From: an uncultured bacterium
Lineage (GTDB): Bacteria > JAJVIF01 > JAPKYR01
Direction of reading: 5' to 3'
DNA length: 56,064 nt
Assembly (NCBI GenBank): GCA_965369865.1
Contig: CBDURU010000010.1
Location: forward strand, 1 to 56,064
Of this stretch, positions 19,271 to 29,389 are shown in pieces. The stretch's first letter is position 1, and every line of letters starts with the position of its first letter. The position numbers were made by a program, and so were the translations under genes. The notes beneath the pieces are model-generated. The model was not told where the DNA came from. It saw only the letters and a program-made list of their open reading frames with translations, and did no database searches.

Positions 19271-20085
19271 TGAGCGAATCAAGGAAATATTCCTGCGGGA
19301 TCGATATTGGATCCAGGTCGACCAAGGTGGTTATCCTTGGCGATAACAACTGCGTGCTCGGACGCGGCCACCATCTCACCACCGGCAAACCACTGGTTGC
19401 CGCATCTGAAGCGTTAAGGGAAGCCATGCTCGTCGCTCGCTGCAAGCCTGATGATTTAACTTTGGCAGCAACCGGGTATGGCCGTAAGCTGGTACCGGAT
19501 GTAAAGCTCCATTACACATCCGTAACTTGTCATGCCGCGGGTGCTTTCATGACGTTTCCTGAAACGAGGAACGTTCTCGATATCGGTGCGCTGAGATCGA
19601 CTGCCATACGCCTTAATGAAGACGGAAGGGTCCATCGTTTTCGGCTGAACGGCCGCTGCGGCGCGGGTGTCGGCCGATCACTCGAACGCATGGCGGACAC
19701 GATCGAAATCCCTCTCGAGGAAATCGGGCAGCTTGCGCTCTTCTCAAAAAATCCGCAGCCCATTCCCAGCATTTGCTCTGTCCTGGCTGAGACTGAAATT
19801 TTAAATCACATTACACACGATGTGCATCCGCCTGATATTATCCGTGGCGTCTGCGAAGCTTTGGCCGAAAGGCTCGCCACATTATTGAAGGGAATTTGGG
19901 TTCCCGATGGTGAAACCACTCTGACAGGAGGGGTCGCCAAGAACGCCGGTATGGTTTACGCACTCGAAGACGCTCTGAAGACAAACATCAACATCCACCA
20001 TGATTCCGAATTCATGGGCGCGATCGGCGCCGCTCTCCTCGCAGGAGAATCTCTCGAAAGGGAATCTCTCGACAGAAAAAATTAA
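19267..20085 (+). CDS. Second CoA-enzyme activator subunit (divergent)
   Basis: GIDIGS, TGYGR, RCGAGVGR, ICSVLAE, TGGVAKN; DIGGQD motif altered to DIGALR. Confidence 0.88.
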   Translation: MMSESRKYSCGIDIGSRSTKVVILGDNNCVLGRGHHLTTGKPLVAASEALREAMLVARCKPDDLTLAATGYGRKLVPDVKLHYTSVTCHAAGAFMTFPETRNVLDIGALRSTAIRLNEDGRVHRFRLNGRCGAGVGRSLERMADTIEIPLEEIGQLALFSKNPQPIPSICSVLAETEILNHITHDVHPPDIIRGVCEALAERLATLLKGIWVPDGETTLTGGVAKNAGMVYALEDALKTNINIHHDSEFMGAIGAALLAGESLERESLDRKN

Positions 20086-20099
20086 TTTTCCCCGGGCTA

Positions 20100-20403
20100 C
20101 TTGCTTAAAATTTCTCCGTGTCGAACGCTAATACAGGGGACATCTCTTTTCGCTCGTCGAAAAGCAGGTGTCCCCGATCTTCAAAAATTCCAGGTGCCGC
20201 TCACAAGCGTTGTATCAGGTAGAGTTAACGTTCAATTTAAAAAATTTCTAAAAGAGATTTAAATGAGTTGACTCCACGCTAAGCTTGTGGGTGATGTCGA
20301 TTGAAACCGTGGATCACACTAAACGCGTGGCGTCGACACGCTGAGTGAGACATCTCAAATCCGCAAGCTTAAAAATTCTCCGTGTCGAACGTGCTTGTCG
20401 ACG
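20100..20403. repeat. Mosaic REP-like cluster (family B, GGTGCCG-type, family C) between convergent operons
   Basis: Matches copies at 11139-11285 and 29130-29301. Confidence 0.85.
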
Positions 20404-20420
20404 TATATTATTGAAATATT

Positions 20421-22415
20421 TCACTCACCGATGCCCAACACTCGGAGGCTGTTTCCTATGACCAGCAAAGCTGCTCCCGGGTGTAGAATCGCGGCGAGAA
20501 TCGGGGAGATATATCCTGTAATCGCCAGGATAAGAAGCACCCCGGCGAATCCGACGCTCATATAAACATTCATACGAATTATCGCACGTACTTCCCTCGA
20601 CAGCCTGATAAGAAACGGTAGCAGCATTAGGTCGTTCGTCATAAGGGCGATATCGGCCGATTTCAACGCCACCTCGCTGCCCATCGCGCCCATCGCTACT
20701 CCCACATCGGACTTGCTTAATGCCAGCGCGTCATTGACCCCGTCGCCGACATAAATAACGCCCAACCCATCTTCACTTTTGCCGTAATCACGCTCGACCA
20801 TTCGCATTTCCTCATCCACAATTTCAGCTTTACCCTCGGGAAGACTACCTGCTTCGATCCTGTCGAAATCAAAATCGGTTGCTATTTCATTCGCGACTTC
20901 CGCACGATCGCCCGTCAATAAAACAAGTCTTTCCGCGCCCAGGTTCCGCATCATCGTGAGTGTTTCTTTGACTTCGGGACGCAGTTGATCTGAAAGTAGT
21001 ACCACCCCTGTGAGCTTACGGTCAATACTGACGAAACTTGATGGTCCCGGATGCGATTCGGCTTTACCTTTGATCGCGTCATGAGAAACGCCTGAATCCT
21101 CAACCCAGTCGAGACGACCCAATCTGTATTCCCGCCCATTAAATTCAACCTTGATACCCCGGCCGGTAAGCTCGGTCGATTCAACATGTTCCGATTTCCC
21201 CCCGGCTTTTGCGATTGCCCGTGCGATAGGATGATTACTGCCCGATGCTGCGATTACCGCGGCTTTTTTTAAATCGTCCACGCTGGTACCTTCAACCGGA
21301 ACAAATTTGCCCACTTCCGGTTCGCCCAGTGTAATTGTGCCCGTTTTATCGAGGATTAAAGTCCTTATGCGGCTTGCGCGTTCGAGAAATGCGCCGCCTT
21401 TCACTAAAATTCCTTTTTTTACCGCAACCGCAAGAGCGGGGATCATTACAGCGGGACTGCTTAAAATAAGCGCACAGGGACAGGCGATAACCAGTACCGC
21501 GATCGCACGGCTTGTCTCCCGTGTCAAAACAAATGTCGCCGCGGCTACAAGAATGGCGATTGGAAGCAGTACGCTTGTATATTGTTCCAGAAGCCGTACG
21601 ATTGGCGGACGGGCGGATTCAGCTTCCCGGAGAGCCTTGATGACCTGCCCGAGCGAAGTATCGGATCGAACTGCTTCGACATCCATCTCGATTCGTCCGG
21701 TAAGGTTTATCATTCCATGATAGATTTTCTCTCCCGGTCCCGCGTCAATCGGGATGAATTCTCCCGTCAGGTGTGCCGGATCGATCGCCGAGTGGCCCGA
21801 AACCACCAACCCATCCGCGGGTACGACTTCTCCCGGGAAAATTACCACCCTGTCTTTCGGCTGTAACTCATCCGAAGGAAGGTCTGTTTTAACGCCATCC
21901 ACAAGTTTATGAGCGGTACGGGCACTTAGTTTTATCAGATTCTCTATGGCGGCGCCGGCATGGTGAATCCCGCGCTCTTCCGCGAGATGTCCAAGGTCGA
22001 GAGCCAGCGCGACAATTACGGCCACGGTAAATTCACCCTGCACCATCGCGGCAAGCACCGCCAGTGATGCTAACTGGTCGGTTGCTCCTCCTCCATATTT
22101 AAAGAACAACCCTTTCAATCCACGCCGGAATAATGGTATGCCTGCGACCAGCGCCGCTACAAATGCCAGCACCGCGGATACCACTTCACCCCCGGAGACA
22201 TAATCGAGCTCGAGTGAAAGCTGCGAAGGCCGTCCAATCAAATAACTCGCGACCAGCAGTCCTACCGCCACTATCGCGCGCCACAGTGTGCTTTCCCAGC
22301 CATACGAATGTGCCCTGGGATCGTCATACTGACCGCAATACATGTTATGGTCATCGTCCCCGGCCACTTCAGGATCCTGCCCGTTTTCATTTGTATTTAT
22401 AGCACTGGTACTCAT
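20421..22415 (-). CDS. Heavy-metal-translocating P1B-type ATPase
   Basis: CPC, DKTGT, HP, TGD, GDGVND; TGE(F) in the A domain; no N-terminal HMA domain. Confidence 0.95.
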   Translation of the reverse strand: MSTSAINTNENGQDPEVAGDDDHNMYCGQYDDPRAHSYGWESTLWRAIVAVGLLVASYLIGRPSQLSLELDYVSGGEVVSAVLAFVAALVAGIPLFRRGLKGLFFKYGGGATDQLASLAVLAAMVQGEFTVAVIVALALDLGHLAEERGIHHAGAAIENLIKLSARTAHKLVDGVKTDLPSDELQPKDRVVIFPGEVVPADGLVVSGHSAIDPAHLTGEFIPIDAGPGEKIYHGMINLTGRIEMDVEAVRSDTSLGQVIKALREAESARPPIVRLLEQYTSVLLPIAILVAAATFVLTRETSRAIAVLVIACPCALILSSPAVMIPALAVAVKKGILVKGGAFLERASRIRTLILDKTGTITLGEPEVGKFVPVEGTSVDDLKKAAVIAASGSNHPIARAIAKAGGKSEHVESTELTGRGIKVEFNGREYRLGRLDWVEDSGVSHDAIKGKAESHPGPSSFVSIDRKLTGVVLLSDQLRPEVKETLTMMRNLGAERLVLLTGDRAEVANEIATDFDFDRIEAGSLPEGKAEIVDEEMRMVERDYGKSEDGLGVIYVGDGVNDALALSKSDVGVAMGAMGSEVALKSADIALMTNDLMLLPFLIRLSREVRAIIRMNVYMSVGFAGVLLILAITGYISPILAAILHPGAALLVIGNSLRVLGIGE

Positions 22416-22425
22416 TCGTTGTTCT

Positions 22426-23427
22426 TTATGACGGCGGAATTAACAATCTCCCGGATACCGGGTCTCCCGGAACCACGTACCGGTTTCCAACCTGTATGTA
22501 AGCCAGTGTCAGGTATTCAAGCAGTAACCGCTGTTTCACAACATCCGGATTCAGCCTGTATTCTTCAAGTATTTCAAGGAAACTATTCGCCTCGCCATTT
22601 GCGGTTGCAAGGGTGCCAACGCTGTAGGTCTCGGCTGCATTTATGATCCGGTTTGCCTCCGCGCGTGCGGCGGGAATCTGCTGCGCCTTATATGCTTCCG
22701 CGTTACGAATGGCGGTTTCCTTGCCGATATACGCGTTCTGCACATCCTGGAAGTCGGGGAGGATGCTTCTTGGGGGTATCAACTCGGTTATCTCAATTGA
22801 CAGGATGGTCGAGCCCGCATTTATCGAATCGAGCCTTGCCTGCGCGCGGGATTTAACGTTAAAAACCAGTTCCGCCTTTCTTTCCGTAAGAAGATCGTCG
22901 ACCCGCATCTCGCCGATTACATGGACGAGTTCAGCGGCTACCGCGTCCAGCAGCAATCTGTCAGGATCCTTATTGGACAATACCCATGCCACCGGATCGG
23001 CGATATTGTACTTTACCGCAATTTTCGGCAGCACTACGTTGTAATCCCCGGTAATGCAGTAGCCCTGTTCAAACGGATGGAATGTTGTTGCGGTTTGGCA
23101 GACATCCTCTGAATGCCAGAATGCGTCTATCACCATCTCGCGATTCTGCATTACCGGTACACGAATGACCTCATCTATTGGATATGGAAACGAGATCATC
23201 AGGCCGGGCTTATTCACAGCCGATGGGCCATCCGGTAAACGCCCCAGTCTCAAAAGCACCCCGACTTCTCCAGGCTGAATTATCCTTACGCCGGATAACA
23301 AAAAGAGGATAAGTAATATTATTCCAATGACCCGTATGATCTTCACTAGATCAAACCTCGAATGGGGAGGCGACGGCTTTGTGTCCCTCAAAAACAGCGA
23401 TTCGGTATTTTTAAACTGGTTTGTCAT
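22426..23427 (-). CDS. HflK-like SPFH (Band 7) protein
   Basis: One TM; PGL..FPYPIDEV, ITGDYNVV, PP...F.DV, IPAARAEA, YRLNP.V.KQRL. Confidence 0.9.
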   Translation of the reverse strand: MTNQFKNTESLFLRDTKPSPPHSRFDLVKIIRVIGIILLILFLLSGVRIIQPGEVGVLLRLGRLPDGPSAVNKPGLMISFPYPIDEVIRVPVMQNREMVIDAFWHSEDVCQTATTFHPFEQGYCITGDYNVVLPKIAVKYNIADPVAWVLSNKDPDRLLLDAVAAELVHVIGEMRVDDLLTERKAELVFNVKSRAQARLDSINAGSTILSIEITELIPPRSILPDFQDVQNAYIGKETAIRNAEAYKAQQIPAARAEANRIINAAETYSVGTLATANGEANSFLEILEEYRLNPDVVKQRLLLEYLTLAYIQVGNRYVVPGDPVSGRLLIPPS

Positions 23428-23432
23428 TTCTT

Positions 23433-24305
23433 CTATTCATCGAGCAGATCGAAAGGTGCCGCTTCGGTATCGACAATTAAAGTGGTGTTCTCTCCCAGGA
23501 TCACCCCGAGAGCTTCGAGCGATCTTAGGAATTCGTAAAATTCCGGATCCTGGGAGTGTGCGTACGCGTAAATACTCGCGGCTTCCGCATCCGCCTCCGC
23601 TTTTATCATTGCCGCGTTTTCCTGGGCTTCCGCAAGTATTTGGGCCGCTTCGAGGTCGGCAGCCGACTTTATCGCCGCCGCTTCTTCTTCGCCTTCCGCA
23701 CGGAAGCGCTGCGCGTGCTGCCTGCGTTCGGCACGCATCTGATCGAAAACACTCGTCAGATTGTCTTTGGGAAGGGCAAGTCGAAGAATCGCAACATCGC
23801 TTATGTGCACACCATACTGGTCCTGGGCCTCTGTCTGTACCATTGCAAGGATTTCCGCTTCAATTTGAGCCATCTTGATATCTTCTATTTCCGTCGAAAC
23901 CAGGTTCGACAGATTATAGTTGCCCATCACGGCGTTCTTGGCGTCGGTTATTAATTTATCAAGCCGGATTTCCGCCGTTTCCAGGACGCGTACTGATTCC
24001 AGGAACTTCAACGGATTCGATATATTCCAGGTCGCGTAATTTAACAGGATGACGTTGCGCTGATCGCCGGTAAGGGTCTCGGTAAATGATGATTCCATGA
24101 CACGTATGCGATTATCGAAGCGGTAGATTTTTCCAATCGGCCATGGGTACCTGAAATGAAGCCCCGCTTCGGTTTCTGTATGTATGCATTTTCCCAACCG
24201 CGTTACCACTGCTACGCTCCCTTCCCTGAGTTGGTACATACAGGCACTGAGAAGCAGGATTAATACCACTATTATGCCTGTTGTTATTCGTATTCCTCTG
24301 TTCAT
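23433..24305 (-). CDS. HflC-like SPFH protein
   Basis: GLHFRYPWP, LTGDQRN, QMRAER, RAEG, DPEFYEFLRSLE; start at ATG after GAGGT RBS. Confidence 0.92.
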   Translation of the reverse strand: MNRGIRITTGIIVVLILLLSACMYQLREGSVAVVTRLGKCIHTETEAGLHFRYPWPIGKIYRFDNRIRVMESSFTETLTGDQRNVILLNYATWNISNPLKFLESVRVLETAEIRLDKLITDAKNAVMGNYNLSNLVSTEIEDIKMAQIEAEILAMVQTEAQDQYGVHISDVAILRLALPKDNLTSVFDQMRAERRQHAQRFRAEGEEEAAAIKSAADLEAAQILAEAQENAAMIKAEADAEAASIYAYAHSQDPEFYEFLRSLEALGVILGENTTLIVDTEAAPFDLLDE

Positions 24306-24323
24306 AATGTATACCTCATCCAT

Positions 24324-26081
24324 TTACCGGAGATCGAACCACAATCCCCTGTCATCGTCGGCACCTTCCGAATCGATAAAATCGGTATTGACTATATAAA
24401 GGCGTTGACCGGGCAATCCCTTTTCAAGGACCTCCAGCCGTTCCCGGAACCTGTATATAAATGGCGCCCGGTTATACGGTCCCAGCAGCTTTATAAACCC
24501 GGCCGCTTCACCCCTTGCGATGGCTACACGAGTGGCATCGTAGCCCTCGGCTTCATCGAGCACGGTCTGTGCATCGGCCCGCGCGGACGGGATAAGTTCA
24601 TCCCTGTATGTGCTCGCCTGGATCGCGAGTGTGTCATGAAGTACCTGCGCGCTTACAACAGCCTGGTAAGCCGATGCGACTTCATACGGCGGGTGAATTG
24701 CGATGATCGAAACCTGCGCGATTTCAATCCCGAGTTTCTCATTATCGACTACTGCCTGGATGTCCGTTTTCACTGATGTCGCCAGCTCACTTCTGTCGCG
24801 GGTAAGAAGGTTGTCGCTGTTCGTCGAGTTCGTTCGAAGCATTACCGCCCTGTATGAAAGCGAGCGCAGCAGTTCCTCCTGGTTCTGGCACGTGTAGGCG
24901 TATTCAAGGACGTCCTTGATCCGCCATGTCACCTCAATATCCACCGAAACAACCTCTCGGCCCGACGCTGTCAGAAAAAGGAATTGCTCGATCCCATGGG
25001 GTTCAGCCCAGATCAGGTCCATTCTCGACAAATCCGTGTCCGCTTCAAAACCTACCGAAAAAACCTGGTTATATTTCGACGGAAATCTCATTACACGGTC
25101 GATTGGCCATGGGAACCCGAGATGCAGGCCCGGTTCTAAAACTTCCCCAGTGTTTTTTCCAAATCGTTCCCGTATACCCTGTTCGCTGATTCCTATCTGG
25201 GTCAGGGATGTCGACAGCCATACGATTAAACCGATGCCGATCACTACTCTCGGGAGGGAATTTTTAAAGAAATCCCCCAGCCAGGTCCAGGCCGCCGGCT
25301 GTACAGGTGTTTTTTTATCCCCGGTCCCTGCTTTTTTAATTGCGGCAAAATCGGATACAAAGCTCCCGAAAGTCAATGGCAGCGGCGCCGGGTGCAGAGT
25401 TTGAGAACGTCTCAGAAGTAACGCGGCAAATGATTTTATAAGCACCTCAAGTGACGCTATTATCACCAGAACACCGGCGATTTTTGAAAACCATGTCAGT
25501 AAAGCAACCGGTGATTCAGGGTCGCTGACCGTGATTCCTGTGAAAGACGGCAGTATCAACCACAATGCAACTGCTGTAAATTTCCCCCATGTGGATATAA
25601 CCCGGCTTTTTATTTCATCATTTTCGGGCATGGTGGTTACAATAATACGTGGGCTCAAAAACCATAGAGCAACCCCAAGTAACATGACTACTGCCATAGT
25701 GCTGTACGACCATACCGCCTTATCGGGATTCGGTTCAATCGTTACAAGCAGGGCCCAGGCAGTAAGAAGAACAATTAAAAAACTCCAGGCGAGGAGCATT
25801 ACCGGGCGTTGCCAGGTTTCGGACTTTTCCTGCTCATCCAGGATTTCCTTCGTGTCCTTACCTTCGGATTCCGCCGCTTCCAGTGTGCGGAGAATATCAA
25901 GCGACCAGCTCAGGTCCGCGATTATCAAAGAGAAAAGACCAAGCGCAAAAGTGCAGAATACCGCACCGGGCAACCCCTGCAATAAACCAATGACCCCCAG
26001 AATAATCGCGCATAGCACGGTTCCGACTATGAAAACTTCAGAAAGTATTCGAAATCCTGTTTGTGTAACCGTTGGCTTCAT
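24324..26081 (-). CDS. HflK-like SPFH protein fused to an N-terminal multi-TM domain
   Basis: About 7 hydrophobic segments, then ERFG, PGLHLGFPWPID, IHPP.EVA.AY..VVSA. Confidence 0.88.
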   Translation of the reverse strand: MKPTVTQTGFRILSEVFIVGTVLCAIILGVIGLLQGLPGAVFCTFALGLFSLIIADLSWSLDILRTLEAAESEGKDTKEILDEQEKSETWQRPVMLLAWSFLIVLLTAWALLVTIEPNPDKAVWSYSTMAVVMLLGVALWFLSPRIIVTTMPENDEIKSRVISTWGKFTAVALWLILPSFTGITVSDPESPVALLTWFSKIAGVLVIIASLEVLIKSFAALLLRRSQTLHPAPLPLTFGSFVSDFAAIKKAGTGDKKTPVQPAAWTWLGDFFKNSLPRVVIGIGLIVWLSTSLTQIGISEQGIRERFGKNTGEVLEPGLHLGFPWPIDRVMRFPSKYNQVFSVGFEADTDLSRMDLIWAEPHGIEQFLFLTASGREVVSVDIEVTWRIKDVLEYAYTCQNQEELLRSLSYRAVMLRTNSTNSDNLLTRDRSELATSVKTDIQAVVDNEKLGIEIAQVSIIAIHPPYEVASAYQAVVSAQVLHDTLAIQASTYRDELIPSARADAQTVLDEAEGYDATRVAIARGEAAGFIKLLGPYNRAPFIYRFRERLEVLEKGLPGQRLYIVNTDFIDSEGADDDRGLWFDLR

Positions 26082-26106
26082 TTCATTTGTCCACCGATAA
26101 AGCCAC

Positions 26107-26952
26107 TTAACTTTTAGACCGTACGGCGGATTTGGATATTAAGGATGCTCTTGCTCCAGCGACCATGGATATTAGCAGGCAGACAGTAAATATGAGAGCC
26201 TGTACTAAGATTATAGATGCCCCGCTTGGTAAGTCAAACTGGAACGAACACATCAAGCCGATTATCACCGTTACAACCCCGATCACCACTGAAACAACTG
26301 TCATTCCCAGAAACCGTCGACTGACCAGCCTTGCCGACGCGGCTGGGATTACCAGGAATGCGCTTATCAGAACGATTCCAACGATTTTTGCTGAAACCAC
26401 GATCGTCAGGGCGATTAGTACCGATAAGAGGTAATCGTCGAATTTAACCGGGATCCGATCCGCCAGTGCGGCCTCGCGGTCAATTGTCGCATACGCCCAT
26501 CGACCCCACAACCTGAGGGTTATCAGAATCAGCAAAAGAATAAATACCGATGCCACTATGTCCGTTTCCGTTACCGCAAGTATCGATCCGAACAGGTAAT
26601 GAAATGCATCGGTCGTGTATGTCTGTATCCTTGAGATAAATACTATGCCGAGTGCCATCGAAAGTGCGAAGAAAATCCCGATTACGGTATCCGGCGCCAA
26701 TCCTGTCCGGTCCCTGACATATGTAATCAACACCGCAACCAGTACCGTGAATGGCACAGCCACCCAGAGCGGTTCCTGGTTCAAAAGCAGGGCCAGCGCG
26801 ACACCGCCAAACGTCGCGTGCGCAAGACCATTACCCAGGAATGACATTCCCCTTTGCACCACGAACACACCGTAATAGCTGGCGGCTACCGCGGTCAGGA
26901 GTCCGGCAATTAACGCCCGTTGCATGAAACCGTATTGCAATGCTTCAAACAT
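26107..26952 (-). CDS. znuB: Zn/Mn ABC transporter permease (ZnuB-like)
   Basis: FMQRAL, GNGLAHATFGG, YLFGSIL, KIVG, PAASA, PSGA. Confidence 0.9.
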   Translation of the reverse strand: MFEALQYGFMQRALIAGLLTAVAASYYGVFVVQRGMSFLGNGLAHATFGGVALALLLNQEPLWVAVPFTVLVAVLITYVRDRTGLAPDTVIGIFFALSMALGIVFISRIQTYTTDAFHYLFGSILAVTETDIVASVFILLLILITLRLWGRWAYATIDREAALADRIPVKFDDYLLSVLIALTIVVSAKIVGIVLISAFLVIPAASARLVSRRFLGMTVVSVVIGVVTVIIGLMCSFQFDLPSGASIILVQALIFTVCLLISMVAGARASLISKSAVRSKS

Positions 26953-27697
26953 CCGATGCTCCATCGCAGGGCAGGTCATGGGCATGCCCTACATGGCCGA
27001 ATGCCGCGCGCAGATGTTTATCGTTTAACGCTTCGGATGGTGGACCCTCTGCGATCAGCTTGTGATTTAATAATAACACCTGGTTGGCGTGATGCTTGGC
27101 GGTAAGCCAGTCATGCGTCACCATCAATACGGTTGTATCGGCCCGTTCGAGGTGTTCATCGAGAATACTGTACATATAATCCTCACCGACTGCGTCTATT
27201 CCTGTCGCCGGTTCGTCTAAAAGGAGAATTTTAGGTTTCCTGACTAAAGCCCGGGCAAGGTAAACCCTTTGGATTTCCCCGCCCGATAACTGCCCGAGTG
27301 GTTTATGGTTAAGATGCTCCGCCCCAACCTTCGCAAGTACCTCGCTGACACTCTCATGGTCTTTCTTTGTGAGAATCCCGGGCCACCTGCGATGTATGCC
27401 GCTGGTGACGAGATCGCATGTCACTGCGGGGAAATTCCGATCGACCGTCTTTAGCTGGGGAACGTAACCTATCCACTCGGGGGGAATCATCTTCAATTCT
27501 TTATCAAAAATTTTAATCCTGCCCGACTCCAATGGCACAAGCCCGAGTATCGCCCTGAGAAGCGTCGACTTCCCCGACCCATTCGGGCCAATAATCGCGA
27601 CGAAATCGCCGGTCTGAATATTGACACTGATATCCCTGAGAGCCAGGAAATCTCCCAGCCTGACCGAGACATTCGCTATTTCAATTACGTTTACCAT
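26945..27697 (-). CDS. znuC: Zn/Mn ABC transporter ATPase (ZnuC-like)
   Basis: GPNGSGKST, YVPQ, LSGGE.QR, LLLDEP, VTHD; His/Cys tail. Confidence 0.92.
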   Translation of the reverse strand: MVNVIEIANVSVRLGDFLALRDISVNIQTGDFVAIIGPNGSGKSTLLRAILGLVPLESGRIKIFDKELKMIPPEWIGYVPQLKTVDRNFPAVTCDLVTSGIHRRWPGILTKKDHESVSEVLAKVGAEHLNHKPLGQLSGGEIQRVYLARALVRKPKILLLDEPATGIDAVGEDYMYSILDEHLERADTTVLMVTHDWLTAKHHANQVLLLNHKLIAEGPPSEALNDKHLRAAFGHVGHAHDLPCDGASDV

Positions 27698-27728
27698 TAG
27701 ATATGTGAAAAGAATAAAACCAAAAATG

Positions 27729-28664
27729 TTAAGAACCAAATGCGTCCTGGAATACCTGGGTATTATAGAGTATCAGGTCTTCATACGTGCGTCTTCCCTC
27801 GCCGCCGCCTAGCGGATCGACTATGTAAAGCGGCAAACCGGTTTCTTCCGATAATGTCTCTCCCGCCGATCCCGGAAGCTGTGGTTCTATAAAAATTGCT
27901 TTTACATTGTATTGATCGATCTTCTCGATTAGTTCAACCAGGTATCTTGGTGTGGGTTCCCTCCCCGCAAAAAGTTCGATTGTTCCGGCCAGGATCAGGT
28001 TATATCGTGTAAGGAAATATTTCAATGATGGATGAAACAACAGGACAGCCTCTCCCGCAAATGGCGCCAGCCGGTCGGACACCCTTTCGTGCAGTAAATC
28101 AAGCTCACCTGAGAATCGCTCTGCGTTTGCATCGTAAATATCCGCTCCCCCGGGATCTGTTTCCGATAGTACCAGAACAAGGGTTGGGAGAATTGCCTTC
28201 ACAGTCAGTGGGTCCATCCAGAAATGGCTGTCCGGATAATCGTCGTGTTCTCCCTCTCCGTACGTATGGCTATGTGATTCATGCCCTTGAATATCCATTG
28301 CCAGGAGCATGTCGTCTGGAACCATATTTAATACTTCGATCGTGTTTTCATGTCCGAATATTGCAGCCCAGCCATCGAAACTGTCATGAACGTAGAAAAA
28401 TCCATCGGCAGCTTCTATTGTGGCGACATCCGATGGCTTTGGATCGTAAGTATGTGGCGAAGAACCCGGTTGAAGAAGAGAAATTACCGAGCCGCGATCC
28501 CCAACGATCTCCCGGAGAATCATTGCAAGCGGGGGTATGGACGTCACATAGCTGATAGTGTTGTCGCTTTGAGCTGACATTGAACCCGGTATTACAATCG
28601 CTAAAATCAGGATAACCAGGATCAAGCCTGCAATACGAGATGCCGTGTGAAAAATTGGATTCAT
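27729..28664 (-). CDS. znuA: Zn/Mn ABC transporter substrate-binding protein (ZnuA-like)
   Basis: SPHTYDPKPSD; His-rich loop HESHSH..EH; DSHFWMDP; FHPS..YF; DPLG. Confidence 0.92.
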   Translation of the reverse strand: MNPIFHTASRIAGLILVILILAIVIPGSMSAQSDNTISYVTSIPPLAMILREIVGDRGSVISLLQPGSSPHTYDPKPSDVATIEAADGFFYVHDSFDGWAAIFGHENTIEVLNMVPDDMLLAMDIQGHESHSHTYGEGEHDDYPDSHFWMDPLTVKAILPTLVLVLSETDPGGADIYDANAERFSGELDLLHERVSDRLAPFAGEAVLLFHPSLKYFLTRYNLILAGTIELFAGREPTPRYLVELIEKIDQYNVKAIFIEPQLPGSAGETLSEETGLPLYIVDPLGGGEGRRTYEDLILYNTQVFQDAFGS

Positions 28665-28701
28665 GGGATTACCCCTCGGACACTTCGACTCTTTTTCTTA
28701 C

Positions 28702-28730
28702 GTTATAGGCATAGTTTCATAATAAATCAA
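28702..28730 (-). promoter_or_regulatory. Candidate promoter of the znuA-P1B operon
   Basis: TTGATT-17 bp-TATAAC on the minus strand. Confidence 0.55.
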
Positions 28731-28834
28731 GTGGGTAATCCTGAAATTGACAATAATAATTACAGCGAATCATGGACTTTCTACTGAACTGCGAATGGCG
28801 AAAGCATGTTTTTTTATTGTGGTTTTTTTATATT

Positions 28835-29301
28835 GTAGGGGCGCTGCTTGCCGCGCCCGGAGAGAACTCATTTCGTTGATAAAATGAGCGAGACTGTTAC
28901 ACTCCCACACCTTAGACGCTTTGAATTCATGGGGACGCTTTTCCATGCTTCCAGCATTGAAAGTGTCCCCATGAATTCTTAGTTACACGGGACACCTTCA
29001 ATGCTGGAAGCATGGAAAGACGTCCCTGAATCTAAGATTGGTATTAAACGCGTGAATTCTTAGTTACACGGGACACCTTCAATGCTGGAAGCATGGAAAG
29101 GCGTCCCTGAATCTAAGATTGGTATTAAACGCGTGGCGTCGATACGCTGAGTGAGACATCTCCATCCCGCAAGCCTAAAAAATCTCCGCGTCGAACGTGC
29201 TTGCCGACGTAAATTAATATAGGGGATATCTCTTTTCGCCCGCCTCCATCAGTGAAATATAGGGGACACCTCTTTTCGCCCGTCGAAAAGCAGGTGTCCC
29301 C
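28835..29301. repeat. Large mosaic REP-like cluster: GTAG-REP, three family-A hairpins (one forward, two inverted within an 81-bp tandem duplication), family C, family B
   Basis: Direct comparison with 1-165, 6130, 11139-11285 and 20136-20403. Confidence 0.9.
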
Positions 29302-29389
29302 GATTTCCAAAAATTCCTGAATCATTCCCCGCTTCAGCATCCGACTAATATTTATTGAAATCGTTCATTCACCACCAGGGAATTAAATA

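Noticed and set aside
28745..28765. Fur/Zur box upstream of znuA (TGACAATAATAATTACA)
   Set aside because: Weak palindromy in an AT-rich context; cannot be supported without a lineage-specific motif
28923..29134. CRISPR array
   Set aside because: Mixed orientations and an identical 81-bp tandem unit; no unique spacers
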